DNA of 64,000 bases from Tubiluchus corallicola (Eukaryota > Animalia > Priapulida). The translations under genes and the position numbers were made by a program. Below, one piece after another: positions 51,301 to 64,000 of the stretch (the stretch's first letter is position 1; every line of letters starts with the position of its first letter). Under the pieces are notes generated by a model. That model was not told where the DNA came from and ran no database searches. It saw only the letters and a program-made list of their open reading frames with translations. The stretch covers positions 620,001-684,000 of the forward strand of contig JAQGDQ010000054.1 in NCBI GenBank assembly GCA_030141605.1, in the 5' to 3' direction.

Positions 51301-54300
51301 TTCAAGATTTTAACACCATGTTCACAAATTGTTATGTCTACAATAAGCCCGGTGAGGTACGTCATTTATTTTATTTATTTTTACTAGGCAAGTTTTTCTG
51401 AAATGCATCTCCTACGTATTTGAGCTTGTAAGGTATTGATTTTCGCCTATCGTTTAAATACTTTTTTTATCTAAAAATGTCAATATTAAAGCCTGTTTAT
51501 GGCCCGTAAAGCTGAAAGTGTGCATTTAATTATTTCGTTAAATGTGCTTAGTGCTTACCCATTGCTAAAATTACCTTAGCTGTCTGTGACTATTGGCGAC
51601 TGGTATTTTTTGGAAAGATTACAACAAGAATTTTTTTTAATGCCAGGATGTCGTTTTGATGGCCCAAGCTGTTGAGAAATTGTTCTTGACCAAAGTTGCC
51701 CAGATGCCAGCAGAAGAGGTGGAGATTGCACTGCCAACAAAAGGAGGAAGTGGAAAGAAAGGAAAAGGTCGCCCACCAGGGAGACCTTCAGCTGTCACGT
51801 CGTCGTCTTCTACAGTGCCTCCATCACAGATGCAGCTGCCTAGCAGTGTTTCAAGCACTACGTCACAACTGCCACCAGCACAGACTACCGTATCACAAGT
51901 AAATGCAGAGGTGCAGAGCCACTTTTCACTTAATTTTTTATGCGTCAAATCTCGCTTATTTTTCACTAATCTGTTTGGCACAGCTAATTGCAGTTTAGTC
52001 ATAAAGTCCTTTTGCATTTAGTCGGGTAAAAACTTTTGGATTTTGTCAAAATCATGGCAGAGAATGTCAGACGTATAATTATGGGAATGCTTTTGCAGTT
52101 TGCATAATATAACCATTATGCTCAGTTTCTTGGCTGATTTCTGTAACTAACCATTTGCGTTTTGATTTTGGATACATCCTATGACCTTAACTGATAAAAA
52201 TTTTTGTAGCAACATTTTAGCATTTTAAGTTTAAACTTAGAAATGAAATTACTACTTAGTGTCTTAAGGTCTTCCACTACTCTATTCATATAACAATGCA
52301 GAGTGAAAACTTATTATCGGCTTAACAGCTATTAAACGATAAATTCTATAAATTTTAAATTATTATGGCTAATTAATTAAAAATGTATTTAATTGACCAT
52401 GATGTTTCGAGATTTTCAATTTCTTCCTCGTACATTGCAGTTTGTAAGATAATTAAAATGAAACAATTTACGGTGAGATAAGATCAAAATGATAATTTAA
52501 ATTAATAGTTTTGTAAAAGTGTTATGTATTTATAGTGCTATGTAAATTAATAAAACGTTTAAAGTTTATGAAACTCCGCACTGAATTGGTTAAATATACG
52601 TAAACTGGCAATATAAATTTTAAACTGAGTGTAGCAGTTGGTAAAATGTGACTTTAGAAGATAGAAAATTTAGATACCTGTTGGTTATTTACTTATAGGT
52701 AACACAAGACAGGCGTGTAAAACACTGATTTAAAACATACAAATTTAAATCCAGATTCGCATAAAACTAAACTAAAAACTATGTAAAGATAAAATGAGCA
52801 CTGTACGAGCTGTAATTCAAAGCAAAAATAAATTTGAAATGCTGTAATGATCATTGAATACAAGAATGGATGCTAAAATTAACCAATGCAGGAATGGCTT
52901 CCATTCTTGCCATCAAAAGTCATAAAGGCATTTCACATTTATTCTTGTTTTGGGTCACAGCTCGTACAGTGGTCATTTTATCTTGTCTTACTTTTTCGTT
53001 TAATATGAATTTGCTTTTAAATATGCTTATTTTATTAGTCTATTTCTGCAAACTACAATTGCTATACTCAGTTTAAAATTTATATTTCAATTTTTTTGTA
53101 CATTTTACCAGTCTGATGCAGTGTTTTTAAACTTTAAATTTTTTTGTCTATTAATTTAAATTATCGTTTTGATCTTTTCGCATTGTAAATTGTTTGTGTG
53201 GCAAGATTTTAATTATTTTACAGTTGCAATGTTGTCTGAGGACGAGATTCAGAAATCGCGAAATGTCATGGCCTATAAAATAAACTCTAAGCTATATCCT
53301 GCCTTAGTATATTGACTGTAGGTATAGCACAACCAACCTAAACGCACTTACTATTTTGCGACTGTTAAAACAGTAATTTTGGTTAACAGAGATATTTTCT
53401 CTTCCACACTGTATCAGCTAAACACGTTGAATTTTTGGGCAAATATCATTACTCTAACACCTATCAATTCCTTTGTTTATAGGTGGAACCAGCTGTACAT
53501 TCAGCATTGCCACCAACAGAACCGTTAATTATGGCTACTTCACCAGTCGTTAATGCAACTCCGAAAGCTGCTTCAAAAGTAAGATTATTTCATTTGTAAT
53601 GCAGTTGCCTGAAAATGTATTTGAGAAATTAATATTTCGACTATCACGTTGTTTCAAACCTGCTTCTTTTTTTAGAAAAATATGCCACGGAAGGCAGTAA
53701 AAAGAAAACCAGATACAACTACTCCTATAACGATCGCTCCACCTCCACCTGCCCCTGTTGACCCTCAGTCAGCTGGCTCCTCATATGATGGTTCTTATGA
53801 TTCTTCTGGACCACCCCCAGCCAAACTTGGTTCTCGACGGGAGAGCGTTCGACAGATTAAACGACCTAGCAGAGATCTACCAGATTCTATGGTGAGCAGT
53901 TTTATTTTATATACAAAAGGTCTTAATTCATGTTTTAAATTCTTGGAAGAGCATAAGGGGTGCCTTTAACATTAGCTGTAATTTTGAAATAAAACCTTTT
54001 CTACTAGTAATTGATATTTTTTACACAATTTATAACTGATGATGTGAAAGTATTGTTTTTGTATAATCAACGCTGTCTGTCTAATAAAGTTGGACACGAC
54101 TTCGTTCAACTTTGACACATTTCAGCCGCAGCATAGTACAAAGAACAAGCGGATGAGATTAACAGAGCAGCTGAAATATTGCACTGGGATCATTAAAGAA
54201 CTCTTTGCTAAAAAACATGCGGTAAGTTTTTTTTGTTTCAAATTGCAGATTATTGAATTTCAGTATATTTAAATTATTTGACTAGATTGCTTTGCTTGCC

Positions 54301-57300
54301 TTGTTGTAATTTTTTGCCTGTACAAAAGCTGATAAATGTAAACTTGAGAAGCCCAAATTTCTTAAAACATTTTTGTAAAGCAGAGGAATTAATTTTTGTA
54401 AAGAACATGGTGTTTCATTACAATGTTTAGGCTGCACACTTAGATTTATAACAATTCTGTAATCATCATTTAAAATTTAGAGTTATGGATGGCCATTTTA
54501 TAAGCCTGTGGACGCTGACGCTCTTGGTCTTCATGACTACCATGATATAATCAAGCATCCTATGGATCTTGGTACAGTGAAGGTATGAGTTTTTGATTTT
54601 ATTTTAGCCACCTGGATTATTCTGGACATAGATTAATTTGTGAACACCTTTGTAAGATCTGTACAAGCTGTAATTTGCAATATCGGAAAAGCTTTATATT
54701 TAGCTCTGCGTTCTTTCTGTTATTCACGAAATATGTTAACTTTTCTTGAGGTGAAAGCTTGTGTAGGTATTTTTAATTTTTTAATTGTTAAGTTTTTTTT
54801 AATTTAGACTAAAATGGAGAACCGGCAATACCGAAGTGCTGGCGAGTTTGCTGCTGATGTACGTCTTGTGTTTACAAATTGCTATAAGTATAACCCTCCT
54901 GATCATGATGTTGTGGGCATGGCTCGAAAATTACAGGTACATAGTCTGTTTTTCATTCAGAAATAATTATATTTTCAGTTTTAGTTTGAAATGCAGCCTA
55001 CTAGCCAAGACTTAGAGATGCACATCTTCTTTTTTTGTTTCACATTTGTGTCTTTGTTTTTGTTCATATTAATTGTTATACGTGTTTATTTTTTACTCAT
55101 TTTTCTTTAAAACTTTCTGCAAATGTACAACAGGGTCAGGTAGCCATCCCAATTTTTTTGGCCAAAATTTTAGCCAATTTTTTAAACCATTTTTGTCTTA
55201 TATTAGTCACGGAATAATGAAAGCGGGTTAGAGTATGATGGTTTTCATTTGCCAAGAATTTAGTCACTTGATATTTTCTTTAGTCTTTCTGGCTAAACTT
55301 TAGCATTTGGCTAAATGTTGTATAAGGCGAGTGGGGATATGCAAGAACTTGTGATCTGTTTTCATTAGTAGTGATAGAGCCTCATTTGTAGCTTTAGTGG
55401 CACATTTTTGTACTAACAGATTTGCTTGCATTTGCCTTTCCTTGTTTAACTTCTTTGAACTTTTACAAAATACAGTAATTACATCTGTGGTCATTGAAGT
55501 ACAAATAGAGAAATTTATTTTTGTTTTGCAGGAAGTATTTGAAGTAAAATTTGCAAAAATGCCTGACGAGCCCTTAAATAGCCTAAATGAAGAAGATATG
55601 AAAACAGAATCAGATTCTGCCTCTTCGTCCGGATCGGGCGATGATGCTGGAGAAGCTGATGACAGTGATGATGACGAGCGTGAACGTCGATTGCAGCAGC
55701 TGCAAGCTCAGGTTTGTCAGTAAAAGGTTGTTTGTTCTCCCTGATTTTTCTGTTATAGTTTTGTCTATTTGTCTGCTGATAATCAAGTAAGTGATTAATG
55801 TTAACACAAAATGCTAAATGTTAGAGGGCTGCAACACATACTTCATGAAATAATTTCCCTTTCTTACTAGTGTTGCATGTAGTGTGATTGGCTATTATAT
55901 CTTGTCTATATCTTGTTACAATTTGTTTACTGAGATCTTGATTGGTTTCAAGTCACACTGAAGTAATATGATGATTTTACTGCACATGCGCGTCATCTGA
56001 CTCGGTACTGGTGGTAGGCATGTCGCCTAAGTGTCACCTAGTGTTCTGCTGGTTCGCTTGGGTGTTGCTAGCCACTTTCCGATATCTGATTGTATTGTGC
56101 TCCTGATTACTATCTTAGTAATAACTCTCTTTGTCATTTTCTTTCTGACTTTTCTGTTATTGCTAAGATACATTTTATATTAGTCGATGTTCAGTTTACA
56201 AATTTATTTAGGTCATTTATTTTTTGCATTTTGCCTTTTACAGTTCTGAATAGAATAGTGTTGCTCTAAGTGAAATATTTTAATTAACTGATCCATGAAA
56301 GCTAGTTACGTACTTTTAGTTAGTTTCTATGTTAGTAGCAAAAGAGGAAAATGATAATATATTTAGAGACATGCCTGCATAAGTATAATATAAAACTTGT
56401 GAATATATTTGTAGCTTAAGGCAGTGCATGAACAACTAGCTGCGCTGTCGGCTCAGCAGAAAACTAAAAAAGACAAAAAGAAGCGGAAACACAAACATAA
56501 AGAAAAGAAAGACAAACCTGAAAAGCAACACAATAAAAATGAAGAGGTAGGTAGCAAATTAGTGACACGTTATCTAATAAAAAGTAAGCCTTTATTCTAT
56601 CACTTTTGAACTATTATGACAGGGTTCAATTTAACATAGGAGATTCTGTATATATATATATATATATATATAAATATGTATATATCACATTTTGTAAGCC
56701 CTGTATGCTAAAATTTGAGTTTAAAATTTCCTTCAAAATTGTTGAAAAATAGCTGCTTGCCTTCTACCAGTATCTAGCCAGGTGTCGATTCTAAAATAGA
56801 CTGTTAACTTATAATTATTAATTATTATTGAATAATATTTTTTAAAATTGTCCATAATTTCTTATTTTTTTTTAAAATTAGTAACCTTTGCTTTTTCAGC
56901 CATTAAAAGCTGGTGCCGACCATGGAAGTGCAAAGTCATCCACATTAGCTGGCAAGCCCCTAGTATCGAGTGGTAAACCTGCTAAGCAAAAAACTTCTGG
57001 TGCAGCAACAGCAACAGGGACCAAAACTCAAGCACCAAAATCAGCTGCCCCTCCAAAGACTCGAAAACCTAGTGGAAAAGCTACTGCTAATGCAAAGTAT
57101 GTATATTTAAATATATTTTGCTTTGGACCCGTTTAACTACAGGGTCTACCTAAAATAGATGGTTGTGGTGGCTAGCTCATAAAGGATGACTCTGTAGCGT
57201 GAGATACTCAACCAATGAAATCACTTTGTTAAAGCACAAGAAAACCCTCCACTTACATAAAGCTTAAAAAATTCGTCTCGAAATTTTATACCACTTGCGT

Positions 57301-60300
57301 ACTACTTTTTTTCATGCAGGGCTCGCATCGGACGCAACGCTGTGTAGAACTTGTAAATTTAAACTCCCACAATGACTGTTAGGAGCATCCATTTTAATGG
57401 TAGATCATTTGAAACAAGTTTAGATAACACTGTGTGAAATTTGAAAAAATAATCAGAGCATTCATAGCATACATGTTGCTAACAAAGTATAATTTTAAAT
57501 TACTATATCTTGTCAATAGGATTAAAATACGTTTTTGGCTAGTGAGTGGCGCGCCCTGGAAGGTGAGTCTGCGACATTTTACCAATTGGCACAAACATTT
57601 TAAATTATGATTTCTAGTTACATAAGACTTTCCAGCGTTTAAGCGAAATGCTAAGTAATACAGATTTCCATGGAAAATTTTTTGGGTTTATGATTTAACA
57701 TTGCCTTTTCTTGCTGTGATTTACGTTTGCTTAGTGGCGTCATGTAATGGTGCCGTCGGAACAATGTTGCAGGAGATTTAAAATGAAAATGAACAAAAAT
57801 TCCTTTTAGCGCGAGTACGATATATATATATATATACGATATATAAAATTGCTGTAAAGTAATATAATTTTGTAAGGTGATTTTTCTTAAACCTACTTCT
57901 GGTGCCCCTTTTCTTGTCCTTTAAGCACTTTTATTCAGATGCGTTGTCATCCTTCCTCAGTAAGCTACATGGACTGGAGTGGTATGATGGTAAAACAGCC
58001 CAAAACCAGATTTTCTTGCTGGTCACCTGTCCATTTGCAGATTCAACCAGATAAAATCAAATTGGGTTTGGCATTATTAACTTTGATTGCTGAACAGACA
58101 CTGTGACCAAACACAGCCACTTCCCTCATTTGTCTTGTATTACGACTCAGTCTTATTCTCGGTCAGTTTATGTTCCAACTATTGAGTCTGGTTGTTTAAA
58201 TGTTAGAACTAATAAGTTCTGCATATCATGTATTGAATTAAATCCATAGATAGTTAGAACAGTAGTCAAAGGCTTTATAAAATGAGTTTTTACTTTATAA
58301 AGTGTGTAAAATGTGTAATTGCTGTTGATATTATTTGCTACGTACATTTGTGATATTTTATTGTAATTATCTTTAAAATTTTGACATTTAAGTGCAAATG
58401 GCTAGCTGTCTCGTTACATATCTAAATTTTAGCATCTATTCAGAAGCTGTCGAAATTTTGCATTTTTCCCTCTAAGTCTATACTTATCTTGTTCACCAGC
58501 GGTGAGCCCGTTGGCTTCTGTTACTGTAGGCATTGTAGCAGGCTCATTTCCCACTCAAATATCTCACAGTATAGGATGCAAATTTGTTGCATTTAGTATT
58601 GGGCACCATTGAAATTTTTTCATCAGTAGTCAGTGGATTGGTTTTAACACTTGCTCAGTGTTATTCTACATTTCTAATTTCTACACTTGGAGATACTTAC
58701 TGAATTTTGTATTTGTGATACCATCTGAATGGGCTTCAAATTTTTGTGTATTCTCCAAAAATCAATGTTGTTTCCTTTAATTTCACGAAAAACATGATTT
58801 TTTTTTAGAGGTGCACCTGGCAGAGCGGCTAAGCAGCTAGCGCCACCTACTTTCGACAGCGATGAGGAAGATAATGCTAAGCCAATGACATATGACGAGA
58901 AGAGGCAACTTAGTTTAGACATAAATAAATTACCAGGTAGATTTAAGATGTACAATTTTTTCATTACGCTTAAGTAAGTTGGCCATGGATTGTAGTCAGC
59001 TTGCCAAGTTGTTTCATTGATTTTTCTTGAAATGTTGTAACCAGTATTTAGAAGTAATCAATCAATCAAAATTCAATCAATAGTTTTCTAGTAGTGATTT
59101 TCATGAAGCCTTTTTTATATATTTTGATATGGGGGGAGGGTCTCGCACTCATTACTGGCATATTGCTGCACAATTCTACACTTGCTAATAAGTTATGTGG
59201 TTATCACAGGTGACAAGTTGGGACGGGTCGTGCATATCATTCAGTCACGGGAGCCGTCACTTCGTGATTCCAATCCCGACGAAATTGAGATTGATTTTGA
59301 AACGCTGAAGCCATCAACGCTACGTGAGTTAGAGGTGTATGTGGCATCAGTATTAAAGAAAAAGCCAAGAAAACCTTACAGTAAGTTTTAATTTAGTGTT
59401 GGCTGTAATATTTTCAGGATTGTGTGCTGCAACTGTTAGTCGTGGCTAAAAATACAAAAAGCAGGATACCTTTTCTTGCTATCCTTATTTTTACAAGTGA
59501 ACTATTAGGCTTTGCATGGAGTACTGCAGCCATATCGAGCTTAGTCTTCAGTCTGTTACCTTCACCCACTTTCTGCATTGCAAAATCATATTGTCCATGT
59601 GGCTGATTTTGATTGCCGTCAAACCTGCAATTTTTGCTCATCTCAAGATGTTTTTCTTTTTTGTTCTCAAACAGGCTCTCATGATCTGTTTTCATTATTT
59701 CCTAAACACACACGGTTTGCTTTTCCTTCTCACGTTTTTACTCAAAAGTATTTGTAGATGCAGAACCGCTGCTTGTAAATTAATCTTTTATTTACACGCA
59801 TTGTCCCAAATGAGACCACTAAAATAAAGTTCGGAGTCCACTTTAGGGACCACTGAGGATTTCATTACTAGAATTGTTTTCTTGTTATTTATAACTTTGT
59901 TTACTCCAAGAACACTGTTAATACATATTTCAAATCCTAGTTACAATTCAAAATTAGTTACAAAGATTCCTTTTTCAGAACCTGAACACCTGTGCTTTTT
60001 AATTATATCACCTTACTTTTAGTGGTCATTGACCTTGTTTGGGACAATTTAGATGAAAATGTGTTTTTATGAAGTTTCACTTGATTATTTGGTAACTGTC
60101 CCTAAAAAAATTTTATGGATTGTTTTACATTATTTTTCAAGCAACTGTGTAAATTAAGTAACAAGAAGTAATTAAGCATTTCATGCACTTTTGGCTGAAC
60201 AAGGTACTAGCAGGTTGCTGAAATTTTAAGAAATATTGATTATTTTTCATCAGCTCGCCGTCAGCCAGGCAAATCAAAGGAGGAAGCTCAAAAGGAAAAG

Positions 60301-61002
60301 AAGCAGGAGCTAGAGAAACGTTTGAAGGAAGTTGGTGGGCAGCTGGCACCACCCAAGAAGCCAAAATCAAAGGGTAAGTGATAATGGCTTCTATTTATGA
60401 CATTATGGCATGATTTGCAAACTTCATTGATTGTCCCATTTTTAATCTGGAGTGATAATGTGTGAATTGCAATGTTTGACATTCTGTTCTTATTGTTACT
60501 TTTTGGAGCCTTATTCAATATACTATGTCACAATTACCTTGGAAAGTCTTGTTCAATACACTATATCACAACTACAGGGTCACTGATCCTACTTGCAGCA
60601 CTTAACACAGCATTTTTTCATGAACTGGGAGTAGTCACGACATGTGTTCCAAGTATCATTTGATGTGCAGAAAAGACTTCGTATTCTGTTTGTGCTTAAA
60701 TGGTTATTCTTGTGGTTGTGATTTGTGTCTATATGTGGATTGGTTACTAGATTGAGGACAGTCAAACTGTAAAAATGAGATTTAACTTTATTTGGATTGT
60801 GTTCTTTGACATTTTCTGTAATATATCATTAAGCAAATATATGACTATTTGCTGTGTTACAGCTACACAAGAGACAGGAAATGCAGCGGGTGATATGCCT
60901 GGTACCGGAAGCCGTTTGAGTGCTAGCAGTTCTTCGTCATCTGGAAGTGACTCAAGTAGCAGCAGCAGTTCTTCTAGTTCCAGCAGCAGTGATTCTGAAT
61001 AG
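45365..61002 (+). CDS. BRD2/3/4: BET-family double-bromodomain/ET protein (BRD2/3/4/T, fs(1)h-type), short form ending in a SEED tract; 17 exons, ~818 aa
   Basis: Exons 45365-45429, 49946-50054, 50418-50594, 51210-51356, 51647-51898, 53483-53578, 53676-53891, 54126-54221, 54481-54582, 54808-54936, 55532-55711, 56415-56546, 56900-57096, 58809-58936, 59210-59380, 60254-60373, 60863-61002. BD1 ([51 protein letters not shown]), motif A ([11 protein letters not shown]), BD2 ([28 protein letters not shown]), motif B ([16 protein letters not shown]), ET ([48 protein letters not shown]). The first two exons rest on phase compatibility only. Confidence 0.95.
46266..47580. mobile_element. Non-autonomous hAT-type transposon with 8-bp TSD in BET intron 1
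   Basis: CATGTAAC|CAGGGATGCTACCAAAACA ... TGTTTCGGTAACGTCCCTG|CATGTAAC; subterminal ACCGAAA repeats at 47460-47570. Confidence 0.88.
48394..49850. mobile_element. Decayed element with inverted subterminal TTGGACACA repeats
   Basis: Tandem TTTGGACAC(A)-like units at 48410-48540 and inverted TGTGTC(C/T)AAA units at 49775-49850 ending in GTAACCG; boundaries uncertain. Confidence 0.4.
57233..57920 (+). mobile_element. Same TTAA MITE family, copy 2 (BET intron)
   Basis: TTAA|AGCACAAGAAAA ... TTTTCTTGTCCT|TTAA; shares long blocks with 7621-8249 (ACATAAAGCTTAAAAAATTCGTCT, CCCTGGA.GGTGAGTC.GCGACATTTTACCAATTGG). Confidence 0.85.
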
Positions 61003-63329
61003 TCAGCCAATTCCTTTTAGTGAGACGGCAAGTAGTTTGCCTCATTTATGGTGCATTGTGAAATTTGTCTAAAGATTTGAGTTTGCTGTGGTAATATAAA
61101 ACTAATTTTTTTGTCACGCTATATAGCTGTAAAACACAGTTGCAGCAACATTACTTAGATAATAATTAAGTTTTCTCAATAATTATATGTTGCTAAAAGG
61201 AACCAACTCTGTTTACCAGAGACTGATAATAATAAGCGTATATTATTATTATCAACAACTATAATAATAAAGCAAAATATCTTAAAGTAATCTTTGATCT
61301 CGTATCAGATAGGCAATTATTATATTATATGTTGCAGGCGGCTTTGATAAGCTTAGTATAGTGGTATATTATTAAACTATATTTGTGGTGTCACATATAC
61401 ACTTATATATATATATTATATATATAAAAATTATATTATATGCATGCAGGTACTATGCATGCTTGTAAATATTGTCCGAAAATCATCTTATGTTGATGTA
61501 TAGTTGCACGTATTTATCTCATATTTTTGATTTATGACCTAGCTTTAGTAGACATCAAACATGTTGTTCTTATTTTTTTTAAACGAAAACTCATTCTTTG
61601 ATTAAGCCTTGATTTTTTTTGGCACTTTTACATAGGTATTTAAAATTTTTCCTTGTGACTAAATACCTACATCAACAACTTTTTGTCATGATTCCTTATT
61701 ATGTTATTACAGATGAACAGATTAGCTGTAATATTATAATTATAGCTAAGTGCATGACTAAATAATTTTGTACAACGTTTTGCTGATACTATTAAGTGCT
61801 GTTATATAAATGAACGTTTTTACTTTTGACAAGATATTTATAGTAGTCTAGCTTGCACCTTATAGTCATGTACCTGTGAATGATTGTGATTAAAAAAAAG
61901 TAAGCGGTGTATTAATTTTGTGTGTTTATCATTTAATCAACGTTGATTTGATGCTTAATGATCGTATATCTGCTAAATTGAGTTTATTTTGTTCAGAGTG
62001 CAGGGCTCTAGAGTGCTTAAAGTTGAGCCACACCTGCACAGGGTTTAAAAGATTTTGTTGTGTGCCACCAGTGTATCATAAGAAAAATTTAAAGTGCTGT
62101 AACTAGCATACACTTTGCTGGTCTTAAAGGCATGTGGATTGTTGCATAAAGAATGAGTGCTTGTTCAGGGTAAGTTTAGTAAAGACATTAATTAAAATGT
62201 TTTATTAATGTGGCAACATGAATAACATTGTATAAAATAAGTAAAAGTAATCTTATCAAGTTATCTGTATAGTAATATTAGTGTTACACCATTATATAGT
62301 TTTCACAAGAACGATTGCTGTTGAGTGAGTATGCTAAGCACATTTGAGAAAAACAATTTATTTCACTCTTAAACTATGCTATATTATAGTACATGTGTCT
62401 TGCTGTGCATAATTATTTTTAAGTTCATAATATTCAATAATAGTCTTATTATTTTGATTTCCTGCATTGGTCAGATGTTTTCATTAGTAGAAAGCTACCC
62501 AAATAAGTTAAGTGGTAACAGTTCCACAGTCATTAGGTGACTTGAATGTTTTGTAAAAAGCAATATTATATGAATGTCCATTTGTAAATTTTGTACAGTT
62601 TTTATTCATAAATAATAAATTATGCAACAGAAATGTATTGTAATTAAATCTTGTGACTTTTTGAGTGGTATTTTGAGCGCAAATGTGTGTTTGGTTCAGC
62701 AGCGATTTGGTAAACATCTAAGAATGAATTTATTATATTCAGTTTAACCTAGCTAAATGCACAAAGGTTAAAATTTTTAATCTATTAGATATTTTAAAAT
62801 GAGCCAAGTTTAGTTTGTTTAACAGAATTTTATGTATTCATATAGCAGCATCACAAACTGACATAATCAGTCAATATTCAATGAGTTAAAATTAAACATT
62901 AAGGAGCAGGATTCACCAAATTTAAAGGTTTCATTAATAATAAAGCATCCTCTAATAATAACATTAATAATCAAAGGTATGTGATATAGGCCCTATAATC
63001 ACAATATTCTTATCATGATCAAAGAAGTCTAATTGCAAATTGGATTCCATGCCAAGTAGCTACGTTATTTTTAGTAAGTCTCCTCAAAGTACCAAGTAAA
63101 TGATTGATCTCAGCTTGGGCCTTGGCTTCTTCCACCTTGTCAAGGTACACAAACGCAGAAGTAGAAAAACTAGTGCGCAGCAGTTACAGTTGCCATAGTG
63201 GCAGAGCATTACGGACTGTTATTGTCAGGTATGCTATCGCGCAAACTGCTTGTGCTTTGGTGTGTGACAGATGGGATTGCCGAGATGGCTCACGCCGACA
63301 TATATTGGCGAACTTAAGAATATTATTAT

Positions 63330-63690
63330 TTATCAATACTTTGTGTATTGAACACGGGAGACACGTTAAACCCAGAGAAACCCCAGCCGAGAATCATCTA
63401 TGTACATATTATTTAAGAAATGAAATAGAAGACGAATTACACTTTATTATAAAATGCCCAAATTACAATGATCTTAGAGGAAAATTATGTAATCACATCA
63501 GTGTAATTATACCAGAATTTTTCCTTATGAGCGATGCTGATAAATTTTTATTTTTGATGGGAAGTAATGACTTAAAAGTAATTAAGGCATTTATTGATTA
63601 TGTTGAAAAAGTGCTTTAAGACACAACGAACAAAATACTGTATAATGATCATATCATTGAAAATGAGGTCTGATGAATAACAATTTATTT
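63330..63690 (+). mobile_element. Non-LTR retrotransposon ORF2 C-terminal (zinc-knuckle-like) fragment
   Basis: IEHGRH..LCTYYLRNEIEDELHFIIKCPNYNDLR matches the common IETGR..C..C..EDEFHF..CP.Y LINE tail. Confidence 0.75.
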
Positions 63691-63962
63691 TAAATACTAA
63701 TCATTAAACTCTTCATTTAAATAACTAACAAGATTTAATAATTATCAGTAATAGTTTTGTTTGTCTGCAGTGTCACTAAATTTCAAAATTGAAATGATAT
63801 GTATGTCTGATAAATAAATATGAAATAAATAAATATATATTATTACAATCAATGCGCCGCTCAAAAGTTTTATTTCTCCACCGTTTTATGCTGCCAGCAT
63901 ATCCACTAATCGCAAAAACGAAGAACATAACAATGTGCTGTTTCATTGCTTCATCTTTCACG

Positions 63963-63981
63963 ATCATCATCATCATCATCA
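63963..63981. repeat. (ATC)n microsatellite
   Basis: About 6 ATC units. Confidence 0.8.
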
Positions 63982-64000
63982 TACATAACAATAAGATAAC

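Noticed and set aside
59381-59450. TTTTCAG acceptor at 59418 as an alternative BET terminal exon
   Set aside because: The intron would be only 38 nt, far shorter than any other here.
63104-63619. 171-aa ORF as a host gene
   Set aside because: TTG start and chimeric composition; the 3' half is a LINE ORF2 tail.

Overview
AT-rich, intron-rich animal (probably invertebrate) genomic DNA; no prokaryotic features. Four protein-coding genes were reconstructed by hand with splice-phase continuity. (1) A + strand DPP4-family (S9B) dipeptidyl peptidase, 20 coding exons from 8803 to 35398 plus an uncertain first exon; it has a DPP6/DPP10-type membrane anchor but an intact catalytic site. (2) An EPB41L4A (FERM) gene with an intronless CDS on the - strand (23639-25774) that fills almost a whole DPP intron and has a splice acceptor back-to-back with the host acceptor. 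(3) A 4-exon PXMP4 on the - strand (38809-42875). (4) A 17-exon short-form BET bromodomain gene on the + strand (45365-61002), head-to-head with PXMP4. Introns hold non-autonomous DNA transposons with readable TIRs/TSDs (TTAA Kolobok/T2-type x3, TGT..ACA Ginger-type, hAT, pogo-type, Helentron/HINE-type), LINE fragments (one with a 2A-like motif), a SINE-like repeat with a 5S-like segment, and microsatellites. The most notable items are the nested antisense EPB41L4A and the catalytically intact DPP6/10-like host. I cannot establish that either is undescribed without database searches.
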